64,000 bases of DNA from Heterodontus francisci (Eukaryota): NCBI RefSeq assembly GCF_036365525.1, contig NC_090387.1, positions 90,127,691 to 90,191,690 on the forward strand. The letters run 5' to 3'. The notes under the pieces were generated by a model, which was not told where the DNA came from, searched no databases, and saw only the letters and a program-made list of their open reading frames with translations. Numbering within the stretch: the first letter of the stretch is position 1; the number at the start of each line of letters is the position of its first letter. Both the position numbers and the translations under genes were made by a program. This document shows positions 24,658 to 37,784 of the stretch, piece after piece.

Positions 24658-26127
24658 TCAGAAGTGTTGTTTGTTACTCAAAGGCTGCAATACCTGTTCA
24701 AGAGGGGTTACAGAACCAACACGAGGTGAATTGAAAATTTGTCTGAATGATATAATGGGAGAATTGGGATTCTTGCGTGTCACCTCATTAGTGCTTTCGG
24801 ACTGATCTCGTTTTCTCCACCTTCTTAACAAGCAATGATGCATTCTCGACTTTCACCGAACAATTTCAATTTAATGACATGGTGTGAACACAGATGCAAC
24901 GTGCGCCTTTCCTTATACTGGGCAATAATGATCCTTGTGCAATATCTGTAGCAGATGAAGGACCACAGCTGAAAGTTTCAGTGGAGAAATCCCCAAGTTC
25001 CTGGCGCCCCATCGCGACTATCATTTCTGAAATTTGTACAGATTTGTATAAAATGCTCAATGTTGTGTGCTCAAGTGTCAGGTAATTACGGTTCGGTAAT
25101 ATATTAGGTGCATAGACAGGAAAAACTAGTTAGTATGAGGTATCTTGCACATCCTGTGGAGAACTGAGGTTGCCTGCAACATGATCAGCTGGCTACAGAG
25201 AGGGCTCAAAGAAAAATTATCCTTTTAACAGTGATATACTCAACGAAGTAGAAATATCGGCCTTTGAGCTGCAGCTGGAAAAGGGTTAACGGGTGTATGT
25301 TTTGCTGCTCGTTTACATAGGTAATTACGAATTAATCTTACCTTTTACCAAAACTGCGATGCGGTTGTTGTTGCAGTGAAAACGGTTGGCCTGAATTTGT
25401 TGCTAATACTGATGTTTACAAGAGAGGAAGCGGTTCTTACCACATCTCAGTGCATCAGTACTTCAAGCTACATTTATTGCAGCATAACGAAACATGCTTT
25501 CTGGTTAGCATCTAACTATTGCACACCACCTTTCAATATAGATTTAACAACCAGGTCGTGCACCAGGTGTCAGTTAATTCTGCACTTCTTCAAATGTGTA
25601 TTTTAGTGTCTGCTACGACTCACGGGATACATTGAATCTGCCAATGGTAGGATTGGGTTTGGAGATAGAACATGGAACACTGGGAAGGACTGCGTGTTTT
25701 TTTACCACTGCAGAATTTCTCTGAATTTCGCATGCCCTCTAAATTTCAGGAAACTATTTGTTACCTTTAAACCATAGGAATGGCTTCCTATATGCGTCTT
25801 GTGCCCTTTTCTATTCACTTTCACTCTAATATGGGACTCTGACCTGTGGAGGAACAATTCTATGAGGTGATATGTGGCAATGCCCCTCTACCCTAAAGGG
25901 TTTAACCATGATGGGTACAGCATGTTGGAAAGCAACTCAAATTGTCTGCAGGAATTTGTCCCATTTTGGATTGCACCCTGGACGGACGTTCGGCATTATG
26001 CCAACGAAAACGGCCCAGATTAAATAACAAAAGCAAAATAGTGCAGATGCTTTAAATCTGAAACAAGAACAGAAACACTGAACATTCTTAACAGGTCTTT
26101 CAGTATCTGTGGGCAGAGGAACAGAGC

Positions 26128-26162
26128 AAATGTTTCAGGTCTGAGACCTTTCATCAGAATTG
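26128..26162 (-). ncRNA. Minimal hammerhead ribozyme core in a Penelope terminal repeat
   Basis: Minus strand reads CTGATGA-aaggtc-tca-gacct-GAAAC. Confidence 0.65.
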
Positions 26163-26513
26163 GGAAAAGTTAGAAATGCAATAGGTTTTGAACAAGTGAA
26201 AGGGGGTTGGTGGGGAAATGAAATGACAGGATGGAGTGCAGGAGAGAAAAAATGACAAAATGTTTCATTGTGCAAAGCCAAAGGGAGGGGTAATGCGACA
26301 CGTAAGTAAACAAATATCGAGTCTCGAGGAAGTGTGAACGGCGGGAATATAAACAGAAAATGCTGGAGATGCTCAGCAGGTCGAGCAGCATCTGCAGAGA
26401 GAGAAAAATAAAATTAATGTTTAAGGTCGATGACCCTTCATTGGAAATAGGAAAAGTTAGAAAGAAGGTCAAAGTAGGTCAAACTGGGAGGGTGGAAAAA
26501 GAACAAAAGGGGT

Positions 26514-29500
26514 AGGCGGTGGCATAGTGGTATTATCACTGGACTAGTAACCCAGAGACCCAGGGTATTTCTCTGGGACATGGTTTCGAATCCCGCCACA
26601 GCATAAGGTGGAATTTGAATTTAATTAATAAATCTGGAATTACAATATAGTGGAGGGATAATGGAGGGAACTTGTGCCTGGAGTCGGAGGCGGTAGGGGA
26701 AGTCCTAAATGAATACTTTGCTTCAGTATTCACTAGTGAGAGGGACCTGGTCATTTGTGAGGGCAGCGTCAAACAGGCTGATATGCTCGAACTGGTTGAG
26801 GTTAAGAGGGAGGATGTGCTGGAAATTTTGAATGATATGAGGACAGATAAGTTTTCAGGGCCAGACGGGATATACCCAAGGATATTACGGGAAGCGAGGG
26901 AAGAGATTGCCGCACATTTGGTGATGATCTTTGTGTCCTCACTGTCCACTGGAGTAGTACCGGATGTTTGGAGGGTGGCAATGTTATTCCCTTGTTCAAG
27001 AAAGGGAATAGGGATAACCCTGGGAATTATAGACCAGTCAGTCTTACGTCGGTCGTGGGAAAATTATTGGAGTGGATTCTGAGACAGGATTTATGATTAT
27101 TTGGAAAAGCATGGTTTGATTAGAGACAGTCAGCATGGCTTTGTGAGGGGCAGGTCATAAGAAGGCGTATGGTATGTTGGCTTTCATGAACAAGGGGATT
27201 GAGTTTAAGAGCTGCGAAGTAATGCTGCAACTCTATAAGGCCCAGGTTAGGCCACACTTGGAATATTGTGTTCAGTTCTGGTCGCCTCATTATAGGAAGG
27301 ATGTGGAAGCTTTAGAGAGGGTGCAGAGGAGATTTACCAGGATGCTGCCTGGACTGGAGGGCATGTCTTACGAAGAAAGACTGAGAGAGCTAGGGCTTTT
27401 CTCATTGGAGCGAAAAAGGATGAGAGGTGACTTGATAGAGGGGTAGAAGATGATGAGAGGCATATTTAGAGTGGATAGCCAGAGACCTTTTCCCAGGGTG
27501 GAAAGGGCTATCACCAGGGGGCATAATTTTAAGGTGATTGGAGGAAGGTTTCGGGGAGAGGTCAGAGGTAGGTTCTTTACACAGAGAGTGGTGGGTGCGT
27601 GGAATGCGCTGCCAGCGGTGGTAGTAGAAGCAGATACATTAGGGACATTTAACCGACTCTTGGATAGGTACATGGATGATAGTAGAATGAAGGGTAGGTA
27701 GGTAGTTTGATCTTAGAGTAGGTTAAAGGTTCAGCACAACATCGTGGGCCGAAGGGCCTGTACTGTGCTGTACTGTTCTATGTTCTATGTTCTAATGATG
27801 GCCATGAAACCATTGTCGATTGTTGTAAAACCCATCTGGTTCACTAATGTCCTTGAGGGAAGGAAATCTGCTGTCCTTACCTGGTCTGGCCTACATGTGA
27901 CTCCAGACCCACAGCAATGTGGTTAACTCTTACATGCCCTCTGAAATGGCCTAGCAAGCCACTCAGTTGTATCTAACCGCTACAAAGTCTATCAAAAGGA
28001 ATGAACCCGGACGGACCACCCAGCATCGACCTAGGCACCGGAAACGACAACAGAAAACCCATCCCTGTCGACCCTGCAAAGTCCTCCTTACTAACATCTG
28101 GGGGCTTGTGCCAGAGTTGGGAGAGCTGTCCCACAGACTAGTCAAGCAACAGCCTGACATAGTCATACTAACGGAATCATACCTTACAGACAATGTCCCA
28201 GACACTGCGATCACCATCCCCGGGTATGTCCTGTCCCACCGACAGGACAGACCCACCAGAGGTGGTGGCACTGTGGTATACAGTAGGGAGGGAGTTGCCC
28301 TGGGAGTCCTCAACATCGACTCCGGACCCCATGAAGTCTCATGGCATCAGGTCAAACAAGGGCTATGTAACCTCCTGCTGATTACCACCTACCGCCCTCC
28401 CTCAGCTGATGAGTCAGTACTGCTCTAAGTTGAACACCACTTGGAGGCAGCACTGAGGGTGGCAAGGGCACAAAATGTACTCTGGGTGGGGGACTTCAAT
28501 GTCTATCACCAAGAGTGGCTCGGTAGCACCACTACTGACCAAGCTGGCCGAGTCCTAAAGGACATAGCTGCTAGCCTGGGTCTGCAGCAGGTGGTGGGGG
28601 AACCAACACGAGGGAAAAACATACTTGACTTTGTCCTCATCAATCTGCCTGCCGCAGATGCTTCTGTCCATGACAGCATTGGTAGGAGTGACCACCGCAC
28701 AGTCCTTGTGGAGACGAATCCTTCACATTGAGGATACCGTCCATCGTGATGTGTGGCACTGTCACCGTGCTAAATGGGATAGATTTCAAACAGATCTAAC
28801 AATGCAAAACTGGGCATCCATGAGGCACTGTGGGCCATCAGCAGCAGCAGAATTGTACTCATCCACAATCTGTCACCTCATGGCCCGGAATATCCCACAC
28901 TCTACCATTACCAACAAACCCTGGTTCAAAGAAGAGCGCAGGAGGGAATGCCAGAAGCAGCACCAAGCATACCTCAAAATGAGGTGTCAACCTTGTGAAG
29001 CTACAACCCAGGACTACTTGCATGCCAAACTGCATAAGCAGCATGCGATAGACAGAGCTAAGCGATCCCATAACCAACTGATCAGATCTAAGCTCTGCAG
29101 TCCTGCCACATCCAGCCATGAATGGTGGTGGACAATTAAACAACTAACTGGAGGAGGTGACTCCACAAATATCCCCATCCTCAATGATGGGGGAGCCCAG
29201 CACATCAGTGCGAATGATAAGGCTGAAGCATTTGCAACAATCTTCAGGCAGAAGTGCCGAGTTGATGATCCATCTCGGCATCCTCCTGAAGTTCCCAGCA
29301 TCACAGATGCCAGACTGCAGCCAATTCGATTCACTCCGCGTGATATCAAGAAACGACTGAAGGCACTGAATACTGCAAAAGCTATGGGCCCTGACAATAT
29401 TCCGGGAATACTCCTGAAGACGTGTGCTCCAGAACTTGCCGCACCCCTAGCCAAGCTGTTCCAGTACAGCTACAACACTGGCATCTACCCTGCAATGTGA

Positions 29501-30900
29501 AAAATTGCCCAGGTATGGAACCCGGCCAATTACCGCCCCATCAGCCTACTCTCAATCATCAATAAAGTGATGGAAGGTGTCATCAACAGTGCCATGAAGC
29601 AGCACTTGCTTAGCAATAACCTGCTCAGTGACGCTCAGTTTGGGTTCAGCCAGGGTCACTCAGCTCCTGACCTCATTACAGCCTTGCTTCAAACATGGAC
29701 AAAAGAGCTGAACTCAAGAGGTGAGGTGAGAGTGACTGCCCTTGACATCAAGGCGTATTTGACCGAGTATGGCATCAAGGGGCCCTTGGAAAAGTGAGGT
29801 CAATGGGAATCAGGGGGAAATCATCCACTGACTGGAGTCATACCTAGCGCAAAGGAAGATGGTTGTGGTTGTTGGAGGTCAATCATCTGAGCTCCAGGAC
29901 ATCACTGCAGGAGTTCCTCAGGGTAGTGTCCCAGACCCAACCATCTTCAGCTGCTTCATCAATGACCTTCCCTCAATCATAAGGTCAGAAGTGGGGATGT
30001 TCGCTGATGATTGCACAATGTTCAGCACCATTCGTGACTCCTCAGATACTGAAGCAGTCCGTGTAGAAATGCAACAAGACCTAGACAATATCCAGGCTTG
30101 GGCTGATAAGTGGCAAGTAACATTCGCGCCACACAAGTGCCAGGCGATGACCATCTCCAACAAGAGAGAATCTAACCATATCCTCTTGACATTCAACGGC
30201 ATTACCATTGCTGAATCCCCCACTATCAACATCCTAGGGGCTACCATTGACCAGACACTGAACTGGAGTAGCCATCTAAATACCGTGGTTACAAGAGCAG
30301 GTCAGAGGATAAGAATCCTGAGGCTAGTAACTCACCTTCTGACTCTCCAAAGCCTGTCCACCATCTACAGGGCACAAGTCAGGAGTGTGATGGAATACTC
30401 TCCACTTGCCTGGATGGGTGCTGCTCCAACAACAGTCAAGAAGCTCGACACCATCTTGGGCAAAGCAGCCCGCTTGATTGGCACACCATTTACAAACATT
30501 CACTCCCTCCACCACGGACGCACAGTAGCAGCAGTGTGTACCATCTACAAGATGCACTGCAGCAATGCACCAAGGCTCCATAGATAGCACCTTCCAAACC
30601 CGTGACCTCTACCAACTCGAAAGACAAGGGCAGCGAATACACGGGAACATCACCACCTGCAAGTTCCCCTCCAAGTCACACACCATCCTGACTTGGAACT
30701 ATATCGCCGTTCCTTCACTGTCGCCGCGTCAAAATCCTGGAACTCACTTCCTAACAGCACTGTAGGTCTACCTACCCCAAATGGACTGCAGCAGTTCAAG
30801 AAAGCAGCTCACCGCCTCCTTTTCTCAAGGGCAATTAGGGATGGGCAATAAATGCTGGCATAGCCAGTGATGCCCACATCCCATGAATGAATGAAAAAAA
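26514..30900 (+). mobile_element. Near full-length single-ORF APE-RT LINE (CR1 group) with tRNA-like 5' head; decayed
   Basis: A box TGGCATAGTGG 26520-26530, B box GTTTCGAATCC 26583-26593. APE motifs (NIWGL, PDIVILTESYL, VGDFN, SDH) and RT motifs (GPDNIP, QFGF, GVPQGS, FADD). 3' end GGGCAATAAATG...(ATGA)n. Contains stops and frameshifts. Confidence 0.88.
26646..27790 (+). mobile_element. Young CR1 fragment with internal deletion, inserted in the 5' UTR of the tRNA-headed LINE
   Basis: EVLNEYFASVFT and GPDGIYPR; jumps from GRS to KKAYG at 27158/27159; (TGTTCTA)n tail. Confidence 0.9.
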
Positions 30901-33499
30901 GGTCTGTGATAAGGTGGAGATGGGAGACAGTATGTTGGTGGGGCAGAGCCAACGGACTTAATACTGGGACATGAGACAACAAATGCGTCTAGAGGAGGTG
31001 TGAATGAAGATTAATGAACAGCTGCCGTCCAAAACCAAATGCGAGACTGAAACAGGAAAAAAGGACACTACATGGAGGGGGAGGGGGGGGGGTGGTGAAT
31101 ATTGTGGAATGAAATTGTTGTACTCATTGTTGAGTCCAGAAGGCTGTAAAGTGCCAAATCAAAAGATGAGATGTTGTTCCTCGAGCTTGTGTTGATATTC
31201 ATTAGAACATTAGGACAGAGATGTCAGGGTGACAGCAAGATGATAAATTAAAATGACGTGACAAGAAGTCCGGGGTCATGCTTGTGGATTGAAAGGAAGT
31301 GGTCCACACAGCAGTCACCCAATCTGCATTTGGTCTCCCCATTGTTGAGTGGACTGCATTCTGAACAGTGAATATAGTATTCTAAATTGAGAGAACTATA
31401 CTTAAATCACTGCTTCATCGTGAAGGAGTATTTGACGATTTGGACAGTGAAGTGAGAGGAGGTGAAAAGTCAGATGTTGCACCTGTTGTGCTTACTTGGG
31501 AAACTACTATGGGATGAGGACCAGGTGTTGGGGGTAATTGAGGAGGGGACCAGGGTGTCGCAGATGGAATGGTCCCTCTGGAATGCTGAGAGAGAAGGGA
31601 AGGGGAAGATGTATTTGGTGATGGCGTCACGTTTGAGTTGGTGGAAATATTGTCGGATAATCTGTTGAATACAAAGGCTGGTGTGGTGGAACTTGAGGAC
31701 CAGGTGAACCCTATGCTTGTTCTGTCAGGGAGAGGAATAAGTGAGAGCACAAATGCAAGAAGTGGGTCGGACGTGATCGAGGGCCCGTCAGCCGAGATGG
31801 GGAGGAATCCTTGGTTGAGAGAAAAGAAAGACATAAGAAGCGCTGGTGTGGAAAGTTGTATCATCAGAATAGATGTGACAGAGCCGAGAAAGTGGGAGAA
31901 TGGAATGGAGTCCTGACTGGAAGCCGGGTGTGAGGAACAGTAGTCGAGATAGCTGTGGGAGTCATTGTGCCTACAACGAATATTTATGGCATCCTATCCC
32001 AGTAATTAAATTACAGGATTTGAGGAATCGAAAGGAAGAGTCAGAGATGTGAAGGTGAGAGAAGGGTGCAAATTGGAAGCAAAGTTGATGAAGTTTTCCT
32101 GTTCATGGGACTGATTCAGTCATTAATCTACTGGAAAGAATGTTGGGGCAGGAGGCCCGAGTGGGACTGCAACAAAAACTGTTCCACGTATCCTACAAAA
32201 ATCAATTCCTTTTTCCTCAACTGAGGATTCCTCCCCATCGTGGTTGACAGGGTCCTCGACCATGTCCGACTCATTACCTGCATTTCTGCTCTCATTTCTT
32301 CCCCTCCCTTCCAGAACAAGCCGTATCTTGGACCTATGCAGGTTTCCATAGCAGCGCCTTTTATTTTGAGGAACTGAGATGAGTTAAAGGAGAAGTTGTT
32401 CAATGAGATAATCAGTTCAGCTGAGGAGGGCGGTCGTGGATTGAAATTGGTTGGACTCCGTTCAAGTAAGAAGCAGAGAGCCCTCAGGTGGGGAATGGTG
32501 GTGTCGAAAATTGGACGTCTGTGAGAAGAGACAGTTAGGACCAGGAAATTGGAAACTGTTAAAGTGACGGAGAGTATCTGAAGAGTCATGGATGTAGGTA
32601 GAGAGAGACTGGACAAGGGAGATAAATTAGAGTCAAGATACGAAAATGTCAGGCCAGTGTGGCAGGAACAGGCTAAAGCGACACGTCTACCCATAGGGCT
32701 ACCCATAGCAACACATTTTATTTGGAAGAAATATGATGAGTTAAAAGAGAAGTTGTTAAAAGGCAGGATCCTGAATAGCTGCTGTCAGAAAGCAAAGGAA
32801 AGGGGAAAAATGAGAGAAAGAAGAGAGAAAACAAAAAAACAGCAATGCAAAAGGAAGAAAAATGGGGTCAGAGGTCACGATCTCATTTTATCCTAATTCT
32901 TCCTGAGGAGAACTGACTGGAACTTGTCCGCCAATAATAATCTTGAAGTCAATGGAAAGCAACTTGGATGGAAAGGATTATGGCTGGCCAATCCATTACT
33001 GCCCATTTTGGACTCTCAGCAAAGTTGAATTTCACCCCCATAGCTTTTTGTGCAATTTTCCCACAAATTTTCATAGAATCATTAGGCCGAATGTTCCACA
33101 CTTAGAAATGTTTTGGCAATCGGGACAAATTTCTAGTCCAGACTCCATTTACAACTGCAGTGGGCCTCCTAGGGTCATTTTACAGGAGGAACCAAATTAA
33201 GAGGTTGCTCCAGGATTCCTGCCCGGTTAGACAGCGAGCAGGTTGTTGAGGCAGGAGGAGAAGTCACAGTGTGAGATTGCAAGGCCAGCCGGCAGCCTTA
33301 ACTGTGTAGGCAGTGAGAGTGCAGCTAGAGTGCATTTGACCTGAGAGGGCTGGACAAAATAAAGGAGTGAAATGGCTGTGGGTAACAGCAGCCACTTCCT
33401 CATGTCCAGCAATATTTCTAACTGCAGTCTCCAGGAGATTGGAAATAAATTGGAACCCTCTGCCTGCAGAGAACGTCAGCCTTGCTGATTTACACCTTA

Positions 33500-36400
33500 A
33501 GGCAGTAGAATTAATTTATTTGCCATAGCGCTTGGATCTCCCGCTGTCCATGCGCCTCCTGCTTCCTGCGGAGCAATATTTTGTGCGTCTGTCCAGGACA
33601 GGAATGGTGGACGATGGGCCGGAGAATGGTAGCGCAGTCATCTGTCCGGAAATCCGGCGTCATGACGTTGGTTCTGGGGTTTGTCAATGGAGGGAAAGCG
33701 CAAGGTGGCATTCGATGCGCAATGCGACCTGAACGTATGTTAAATTATTGAGATGCTGATTTGAATGTATTTAAGTAACATTATAAGTGATTCAACGATC
33801 GATGACTGATTTTGTTAACAGTGGGTTACACTGACATGCCTTGGTTTCATGACCAGTGAAACCTGGTGGCACCAAGGTGAGAGGACACATTGACATGACG
33901 AGTAGGCACCCTTAAGAACGGCAGTACAGGGGAAAATGGAGGTTTGGAGGACATTGTGGGGTCACGTTGCTGCAGGCTCTGCAAGGGAGTCCAGTGTTTC
34001 TGGGGTTTTGCAAAAGGGTCTTGGGTTGCTGGAGGGCTCTGCAAAGGGGTCCAGGGTAGCAGGGACTTTGCAAAGGCGTCCAAGGTAGCGGGAGCTTGCA
34101 AGGGAGTTGGGGTTGAGGGGACAATTTGCGGTAGGCAAATTGCTGTGTGATGGGTCTGTGTGATCACACAGCTGGAGCAGAGGGTGGGCCATCATCAAGT
34201 TTGGTATTTGAGGTCCATAAGCACCTATGCAGACAGAAGTGGCACATCTCCAGGTACCAAGGCAGGCTGCCAGATGGGTAGGGTTACGTGCAAAAGAGGC
34301 AAGAGCCAACCTCACAATGACTCATTTGCAGCCATCCTGGTGTCCATCCACAGAGAGTGAAATAAAGGCTCATCTCAATACCTGAACTCTGTCGTGTGCT
34401 TCCATTTGTGTTACCTGTCTTGCGAGCAGATGGGCAATGAGCGCTAGTGGTCATGGGAGAGCACATGTTAGTAAACCTGTCATCACATGTCATATTAATG
34501 AGAGCTATGCTCACACTGGCATAGCCCTAAGAGGGAAGGGTAAGGTCTATATGTCACAATTAAGATGTAATGGCACATGGCTTTCAGAAAATGAAACCTA
34601 AAGATTTAAACAAAGGATCTTTTAATTATTTAACATAAAACATACATTTAACACCCATGAAACCCAAAGTGTTGTTATATGTTCTTTCAAATCAATTTGC
34701 AGATGCTCCTACGCAGTGTGGTCCCGGTGGCAACAGCTGGGCGGGGGGCAAGCAGCTGATCCAGTTGCCCCTTGGCCCTAGATGATTTTGGCGGGTGTCC
34801 TCTGGCTTCTTGAGGCCTGGAAGGCCCATGCTACTGGGGGTGTCCTGGACTGGTGCAGGACTCTTCTCAGGGATTGTGGCTGTTGGAACTGGGCTCGCTG
34901 TGAGAGTGGTTGAGGAGCAGGATGCCACGCTTGGAGCACTTTGAGAGAAGCCCCCAGATGTGGCTGTCAGCCTCTCATCCTCCCTTTGATGTCACTCTTG
35001 AGCCTCCCTTCTTATCAGAGAAGGACCAGGAGCTGTAGTATCATCTGGTCTCCTGTTCCTTCTCTCACCTCCCACTGCTGTGTCGAGTTCATGGCCGAGG
35101 TGATTGTGTGCAGGTCTGTGCGCATCCGTGGGATATGGCTCTCCAGGAGTGTTGCCAGCCTTTCAATGGAGGAAGCCATGTGCTAATTGTCCTGACACAT
35201 GGCAGCTGTCATGGCATAGATGGGCTGTTCCATCTTCTGCTCATGACTGCGCATGGCCTCTGGCATCTCCGTCAAATTTTGCCTTATCCTTCTCTGCAAC
35301 TCCAGCATGATCTGTGCTGTCGACACCAAAGGCTCGTCATCTTCCTGGGGCTCAGCAGTCCTTCAACTGACAGTGGTGTCGGCTGTCTCAGTCTCCACCA
35401 ACTGCTCGGGTACATGTGTGATACTCTTACCAGCTTGTGACCCTGATTCTAAAGCCGAGCGATTACCCACCAAACTGAAAGTATCTGCATTGATGGAGGG
35501 TGCAAGAGAGTGATAGGAGGGTGTATCCTATAAGTCGTCCTCCCCCTCAGTAGTTGCAGACTTCTGTGAATGGCTGCCTGCATGAGAGAACACAAACGTG
35601 TGTGGGATAGGCTGTGCAGTTCTCTTGATGTTTATCATGTGTTATGTGAGTCTCCAACATTGATGCGCATGCCGACAGTTAACAATCCTCACAGGGACTC
35701 CAATCACCCGTTGACTATTCAGTCGACGCCCGCCAGCTCCAAGGCCTCTTCCTTGGTCGAGGTAAGTAGATGTACATCTGGGATTCCTCTGCCTATCCGA
35801 GATATCTCCCTCCTATTCTGGGACCTCTTGTCCCACAGAAGGAAGAATGGAAATGATTAGGATTGGCACTGAGATCAGCATGACTGTTCATCTCTTTTCA
35901 GCCTCTGAGGGCCTACTGTCTGTCATGCCAACACTCGCTGTCATGGCAGATAAGGGGGGAGGGGCGGTGTGGAGGGGTGTGTGGGGGGGGGGGGGGGGGG
36001 GGAGGGTGAACTATGAAGGAAAGTGGCCTGTGGCTGAGAGACTTCCATGCATTCAGGAAGAGAGAGAACCCCATCTATTCAGCCAATGCTGCAACACTGC
36101 TACCCTCCCCATGACACACAACTTCCCATATTGTCACATGCAATTCTCTAGAAGGTTACTCGTGTGGAGCACTCACCTAGGACAAACGCAATAGGTCATT
36201 GACCCTCTCCCTGTACTGAACCCAGTTGTGCTGGGTGACCGCATGGCTGTTAAGCTCCTCTGCAATCTCCACCCAGGCTTGCGTGGTCATGCAGGAAGGC
36301 CTCTTCGTGCAATTGTGGGGGAACAGAACCTCCTGCCTTTCCTTTGCAGCCTGGAGGAGAATCTGCAGGGAGGCATCATTGATCTGTGGGTCCACCCTGT

Positions 36401-36800
36401 GTCTTTGCTCAGACATCGTCTTCTGGGGGGATACAGGAACCAGTTGGAAAATGTTGTTGGCTGCAACAAGCTGACAATGTGTCCAAGGCAGGGGTGAATG
36501 CAGGCTGGCAGGCCTTTAAATATGGCACAAGAACCTGCTGTGAAGTCATCTGTTGCCATAATCAATAAATAGCCTCCTGCCCCGTGATGTGATTGGGGGA
36601 CCCGCTCTTCCCCTCTGCAAAATGGGCATCTGCCGTGTAATCACACTGGGGACAGCACCCACACTACGAATGGGAACAGCATCATTACCAGGCCCACAGC
36701 TGATGCCAGTGGAAGGCTCATTAAATGCAGCCCACAGCACGGGTTCCATGCAGCTTTGTTAAAATCTCAATTACACCAAAAAATTCCTACTAATTGGTTG
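33500..36800 (-). mobile_element. Non-autonomous PIF/Harbinger-like element keeping an intron-containing Myb/SANT-like pseudogene
   Basis: 36177-36416 PQINDASLQILLQAAKERQEVLFP...QAWVEIAEELN...WVQYRERVNDL, then donor GTGAGT. A second-exon remnant near 35700-35835 reads DKRSQNRREISRIGRGIPDVHLLTSTKEEALEL. Outer boundaries uncertain. Confidence 0.7.
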
Positions 36801-37784
36801 CTGATGTGCCTAAATTGGCCCTGACAGTTGGGTTGCAATCACCACACTAAATCCGCCTCCAGGAAAAGTGTCAGGAGGCAAGAACAGGTGAGGGAACAAA
36901 CTGGAAATAGCCCTTTCTCCACAATTTTCCCAACCTACCTCCTCCAAACACTCTACCCTCATGGTTGTGCCACTTTTTGAAAGTTCCACTCCCTTTGCGC
37001 TTTCCCCATAGCCTTGCAATGTTTCTCTTTTCAGGTATTCATTCAATTCCATTTTGTAAGCTATTTTAATCTGCTTCCCCATCTTCCAGGTAGTGTATTC
37101 CAGATTATAACAAATCGCTGAGTTAAAAATATCTTCTAATCTCAGCCCTGGTTCCTCTGCCAATTATATTAAATCTGTGTCCTCCCATTACCAGCAAATA
37201 GAAATGTGTTCTCATTATTTACTTTATCAGAATTTCAAATAATTTGCAATCTTTTAAAAGTCTGGCATAACTTCTTTGCTTTTGTAATCTATACCATTAT
37301 TTATAAAGCCTGGGATCTCTTGGGCTTTTTAAACAACCTTATCACCTTGTCCAGCCATCTCCAACGATTCATGTATGTACATTCTCTGGTACATATGTCT
37401 ACCGATGCTTACATACCCTTTAAAATTGTACCATTTCTTTCATATTGCCACTGTTCATTCTTCCTTCCAAAATGTATCACATCACATTTACCTACATTCA
37501 ATTTCAACTGTCGTGTGTTGATCACTTCTCGCCCTGATTTGAACCAAAAGCATCCCCACTGAGCATCAGAGAATCTGGGAGCTCTTCCTCCCCCCAAGCG
37601 CTGATGCTTTCTCAGATACCTTGCACTGCAATTTCCTCCATGGTCCAGCGAGAAACTGGGTGAGGTAAGGACATAACAATGAGGAGATTCGCTTCTTCTC
37701 CTCCTGCCACATGCAAATGGTGGTACAAGGAGGGGGGGGGGGGGGGGGGTCAGGATTCCACTCACTACACACTTCCCTGGTATT

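Larger units (their letters stand above)
26030..32720 (-). mobile_element. Decayed Penelope-like element (RT and GIY-YIG remnants, tandem terminal repeats) split by nested LINEs
   Basis: Minus-strand LNNFSFNSSQFL and FVGYVEQ (RT), GETKCRLGDC..DH near 31300-31340 (GIY-YIG-like), terminal repeats at 26030-26460. The sequence resumes after 30900, as judged from the copy at 37.95 kb. Confidence 0.8.

Noticed and set aside
33960-34110. CRISPR-like short repeats
   Set aside because: Degenerate ~28-bp tandem repeat without unique spacers, inside a eukaryotic transposon.
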